A stretch of 64,000 bases of DNA from Bacteroidetes/Chlorobi group bacterium MS-B_bin-24 (GTDB taxonomy: Bacteria > Bacteroidota > Ignavibacteria > Kapaibacteriales > UBA2268): assembly GCA_003731685.1 (NCBI GenBank), contig RCNO01000001.1, positions 53,342 to 117,341 of the forward strand, written 5' to 3'. The translations under genes were made by a program, and so were the position numbers. This document shows, one piece after another, positions 60,668 through 64,000 of the stretch. The stretch's first letter is position 1. Every line of letters starts with the position of its first letter. Under the pieces are notes generated by a model, which worked only from the letters and a program-made list of their open reading frames with translations, did no database searches and was not told the origin of the DNA.

Positions 60668-62101
60668 ATGGGCGAGAATACCAAAAATCTTCCATTGTGT
60701 GTCGATTTAGATTATACACTGATTTCGTCTGACATCATAATCGAGCAAATCGTAACTTTAATTAAACAAAGTCCTATCTACATTTTTCAAATTTTACTTT
60801 GGTACCTATTTGGCAAAACGCATCTCAAAAAGAAATTAAGCGAAAAGGTAAATCTCGATGTCAAACTTCTGCCTTATCGTAATGAGGTCATCAGGTTTCT
60901 AAAAACTGAAAAAGAAAAGGGAAGACCACTTATCCTTGTTACTGCAACATTGCAAGATGTCGCCGAAAAAATCAACCATCATCTGAATCTTTTCGATGAC
61001 GTTTATGGTTCTAACCAAAAATTCAATCTAAAGGGCAAGAACAAGGCAAAATTTCTTGCCGAAAAATTTGGAGTTAAAAACTTTGATTATATTGGGGACT
61101 CCTTCGCTGATGTATCTATTTGGAAAATTGCAAACAAAGCCTATGCAATTACTAACTCCAGAACAGTACTTTTCAGGCTTAAACATTTATCCTCCTTTGT
61201 TACGAATTTTGCCGAAAGAGCTACATCTTTCTCCGATTTTTTGAAATTAATTCGTGTTCACCAATGGCTGAAAAACTTACTTGTTTTCATTCCACTTCTA
61301 CTTGCACATAAATTCGACCATACGGCTATTTGGATTTCTGCAACCGTTGCTTTCCTTTCCTTTTCCTTTGGAGCCTCATCGCTATACATCGTTAACGATA
61401 TTTTAGACATTAAAAGCGACCGTAACCACCCCGAAAAGTCCAAACGACCAATAACAAACGGGATGATTTCCGCATACACTGGCTTATTTATTTCCACTTT
61501 ACTCTTTCTTTTAAGTTTTATAATTGGTTTAAATTTAGGCTTAATCTTTGTTGCAGTATTGCTTGTCTATATTTTCGCTAATCTTTTGTATAGCCTCTAT
61601 CTTAAGCAAGTTCCCATTTGGGATATTTTTATTTTGTCGACTTTATATGTGATTCGACTTTATGCAGGAAGCGTTTCGACTGGAATTACAATTTCGAATT
61701 GGCTTTTGGCATTCTCTTTGTTCTTTTTCCTGTCGTTGGCGGGCTTGAAAAGATTTACAGAACTCTCGCTAATCTCCGATAAAGATATAGAAACTCTTGG
61801 CAGACCCTACAAATCCGATTCTATTTCCATCATTCAAAACATTGGACTAAATAGCAGTTTTGCCTCGATTATCATCTCTATTCTTTACATTAATAGCGAA
61901 AAAGTTTTACAATTATACAAATCACCAGAACTACTTTGGTTCGATGCTTTTTTGCTGTTGCTTTGGAATATTAATCTCTGGTTCTTAGCAAGCAAAGGCA
62001 AAGCCGAGTTCGACCCAATTTTAACATCCGTTAAAAATCCTTTTTCTTTGTTCCTAATCCTGTTGATTATTGCAATATGGTTAATGGCAACACTTTTATG
62101 A
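60668..62101 (+). CDS. HAD-family phosphatase fused to UbiA-family prenyltransferase (decaprenyl-phosphate 5-phosphoribosyltransferase-like)
   Basis: N-terminal HAD motif I (VDLDYTL) and a roughly 190-aa phosphatase domain. C-terminal 8-9 TM UbiA domain with the Asp-rich motif NDILDIKSD and a second motif (KRFTELSLISDKD). Confidence 0.7.
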   Translation: MGENTKNLPLCVDLDYTLISSDIIIEQIVTLIKQSPIYIFQILLWYLFGKTHLKKKLSEKVNLDVKLLPYRNEVIRFLKTEKEKGRPLILVTATLQDVAEKINHHLNLFDDVYGSNQKFNLKGKNKAKFLAEKFGVKNFDYIGDSFADVSIWKIANKAYAITNSRTVLFRLKHLSSFVTNFAERATSFSDFLKLIRVHQWLKNLLVFIPLLLAHKFDHTAIWISATVAFLSFSFGASSLYIVNDILDIKSDRNHPEKSKRPITNGMISAYTGLFISTLLFLLSFIIGLNLGLIFVAVLLVYIFANLLYSLYLKQVPIWDIFILSTLYVIRLYAGSVSTGITISNWLLAFSLFFFLSLAGLKRFTELSLISDKDIETLGRPYKSDSISIIQNIGLNSSFASIIISILYINSEKVLQLYKSPELLWFDAFLLLLWNINLWFLASKGKAEFDPILTSVKNPFSLFLILLIIAIWLMATLL

Positions 62102-63399
62102 AACAATATACTTCATGGGGACTTTACCCAAAATCGAAACCAAAATGTGTCCAAAAAATTTATTGGGCTGATGACATTGATTTCAGCAAGTTACCCTTTT
62201 CCGTGCTTCCTTATGGAAAGGGAAGAAGCTATGGCGACGTTTGCTTAAACAACGAAGGTTGTCTTCTGGATACAACTGCACTTAATCATTTCCTTAATTT
62301 CGATAGGGAAAATGGAATACTCGTATGCGAAAGCGGTGTAACTCTTGAACAAATTCTTCGTCTAATTGTTCCACAGGGCTTTTTCCTTCCAGTCACGCCC
62401 GGAACTAAACATATCACAATTGGCGGAGCAATTGCAAACGATGTTCATGGGAAAAATCACCACAAAAGCGGTAGTTTCGGAAAATTCGTTTCTAAACTTG
62501 CTCTGCTAAGGTCAGACGGAAAAATCTATATCTGCTCCGACAAAGAAAATCCTGAGCTTTTTCGGGCAACAATTGGTGGATTAGGATTAACTGGATTAAT
62601 CCTTTGGGCAGAAATAAAACTCAAAAGAATTCCAAGCGAATATCTACATCTCGAACTCATCAAATTCAACTCGCTTGAAGAATTTTTTGAAATAAACACA
62701 ATTTCCGAAAAAAAATTTGAATATACTGTTGCGTGGGTCGATTTGACAAACGGTGGCTTAAACAATGTTTGCGGAATTTTTCAAAGAGCAAATCACATTG
62801 CTATTGATTCCAAGCCTCTACAACCCAAAAAGCCACTTTCTATTCCTTTCACCCCACCTTTTTCTTTTATCAATGATACAACAATTTTCTTTTTTAATGC
62901 TCTTTACTATTCAAAGCAATTTGAGAAGAGAAAAGAACAAATCACACATTATGAACCATTTTTCTACCCTCTCGACTTCGTAAGCAATTGGAATTTGCTT
63001 TACGGCAAAAAGGGTTTTGTTCAGTATCAATTTGTAATTCCTTTTGAAGAATCGCTACAAAATTTGAAGCTCATCACGAACACAATAAAAAGATTGGGCT
63101 TGAGTTCATTTCTGACCGTGCTTAAAAGTTTTGGCGATTTCCCAAGTCCCGGTTTACTTTCCTTTACACAGTCCGGATTTACTCTTGCCATAGACTTTGC
63201 TTTCGACCGAGACTTATTGAAAAAATTAGATTATTTAGATGAAATCGTAATAGGAGCGGGGGGAAGAATATACCCTGCAAAGGATTCAAGAATGAAGCCC
63301 GAAACTTTTAGGGCTTCATTCCCAATGATAAACGATTTCCTAAGATTCAAAGACAATAAATTCAATTCAAGCTTTTGGAAAAGGGTTATGAACTGCTAA
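62098..63399 (+). CDS. FAD-binding (PCMH-type) oxidoreductase, DprE1-like (decaprenylphosphoryl-ribose 2'-oxidase family)
   Basis: About 433 aa. N-terminal FAD-binding domain (LPYGKGRSYGD, ITIGGAIANDVHGKNH). C-terminal ...GAGGRIYPAKDSRM... block like DprE1. ATG at 62098 overlaps the upstream stop as ATGA (alternative ATG at 62077). Confidence 0.65.
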   Translation: MKQYTSWGLYPKSKPKCVQKIYWADDIDFSKLPFSVLPYGKGRSYGDVCLNNEGCLLDTTALNHFLNFDRENGILVCESGVTLEQILRLIVPQGFFLPVTPGTKHITIGGAIANDVHGKNHHKSGSFGKFVSKLALLRSDGKIYICSDKENPELFRATIGGLGLTGLILWAEIKLKRIPSEYLHLELIKFNSLEEFFEINTISEKKFEYTVAWVDLTNGGLNNVCGIFQRANHIAIDSKPLQPKKPLSIPFTPPFSFINDTTIFFFNALYYSKQFEKRKEQITHYEPFFYPLDFVSNWNLLYGKKGFVQYQFVIPFEESLQNLKLITNTIKRLGLSSFLTVLKSFGDFPSPGLLSFTQSGFTLAIDFAFDRDLLKKLDYLDEIVIGAGGRIYPAKDSRMKPETFRASFPMINDFLRFKDNKFNSSFWKRVMNC

Positions 63400-63403
63400 T
63401 TAT

Positions 63404-63988
63404 TTACTTTTCAAAATACAAATCTAATTCCAAAGTGAAATTGTCGTAGATGACATTGTCGCCGAGATTGTCGAAAAAGCTCCCAGAGCCGTAGCGAACA
63501 TCGAATTTAGTTCGGTCTATTTCTAATGTAGCTTTACCCTGAATCTTGTTTCCTTGAACATTGATTGTTGCAGGGAAGGAGATAGTTTGAGTTATTCCCT
63601 TTATAGTCATCTTTCCAGTTATTGCGTAATTTGGCTCACCTGTTTTTGCATTCTTGATTGGTGTAGAGTGGGTAATAACAAATTTTGCTGTCGGGAATTT
63701 AGCCACAGAGAAGAAATCGTCGCTTTTCAAATGTCTAATTAATTTATCTCTATATTCCTTTTCCTTCAAATCCTCATTTTCAATTGTGTTCATATCTACT
63801 TCGAAATTACCCGAGATAATTTTATTCCCATCGAATTCAATAGAACCGGAACGGAATTTAACCCAACCCCAATGAGCCCCAAGAAACTTCTTGCCTATCC
63901 ACTTAATCTTACTTTGCTCGGTTAACAAACGATAATTGTTCTGGGCAAAAAGGTATCCAAAACCATTCACAAAGAGAAACCCAATCAA
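63404..63988 (-). CDS. YceI-like polyisoprenoid-binding protein (possibly N-terminally truncated by window edge)
   Basis: YceI family C-terminal blocks (ITGKMTIKGIT, ATLEIDRTKFDV). The ORF reaches to within 12 nt of the window end. Confidence 0.6.
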   Translation of the reverse strand: MIGFLFVNGFGYLFAQNNYRLLTEQSKIKWIGKKFLGAHWGWVKFRSGSIEFDGNKIISGNFEVDMNTIENEDLKEKEYRDKLIRHLKSDDFFSVAKFPTAKFVITHSTPIKNAKTGEPNYAITGKMTIKGITQTISFPATINVQGNKIQGKATLEIDRTKFDVRYGSGSFFDNLGDNVIYDNFTLELDLYFEK

Positions 63989-64000
63989 TGCGAAAATGCT

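Noticed and set aside
1-64000. CRISPR arrays, IS elements, integrases, phage genes
   Set aside because: No regularly spaced direct repeats, no transposase, integrase or recombinase ORFs, no inverted terminal repeats. The gene content is uniformly housekeeping.

Overview
This looks like a low-GC (about 38-40%) core chromosomal segment from a diderm bacterium. Several traits suggest the Fibrobacteres-Chlorobi-Bacteroidetes group, possibly Ignavibacteria-like. These are RNase Y, a fused 2-oxoacid dehydrogenase E1 alpha/beta, grpE-dnaJ without dnaK, and the presence of Omp85-like, L,D-transpeptidase and ftsQAZ genes. This lineage guess is inference only. I see no mobile elements, integrases, CRISPR arrays or long repeats. 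Almost every large ORF can be assigned to a housekeeping family. The main genes are: ftsQ-ftsA-ftsZ (cut off from the mur genes), ruvA, dnaB, holB, rpsT, three tRNAs (Leu-TAA, Arg-TCG, Leu-TAG), zapA, rny, tig-clpP-clpX, grpE-dnaJ, gmd-fcl, sppA, hutH, deoC, dprA and a polyprenyl synthase. There are also many peptidases (families M15, M28, M29-like, C1B, an L,D-transpeptidase, and an HExxH lipoprotein). Items worth a second look, each examined under findings: (1) a HAD-phosphatase/UbiA-prenyltransferase fusion at the 3' end, translationally coupled to a DprE1-like FAD oxidase, next to a YceI polyisoprenoid-binding protein. This is a decaprenyl-phospho-arabinose-like lipid-linked pentose module with no adjacent DprE2. 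(2) A histidine ammonia-lyase whose MIO-forming triad is Ala-Cys-Gly (Cys143) instead of the usual Ala-Ser-Gly. (3) A roughly 220-nt structured ncRNA between zapA and rny, with a long interrupted terminal stem, two UUCG-type hairpins and a 3' U-run, resembling 6S RNA. (4) A lone AddA-like UvrD helicase with a PD-(D/E)xK nuclease domain. It is translationally coupled to a secreted M15 peptidase, and its 3' end overlaps a convergent DnaQ-exonuclease/GIY-YIG (Cho-like) gene. (5) A YfhO family membrane protein followed by a SAM methyltransferase, both on the minus strand. (6) A few compositional oddities (acidic tails on DnaB and trigger factor, a low-complexity insert in the helicase). I could not find a clear novel multi-gene defense or biosynthetic system. 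The lipid-linked pentose module and the Cys-MIO HAL are the most interesting candidates.
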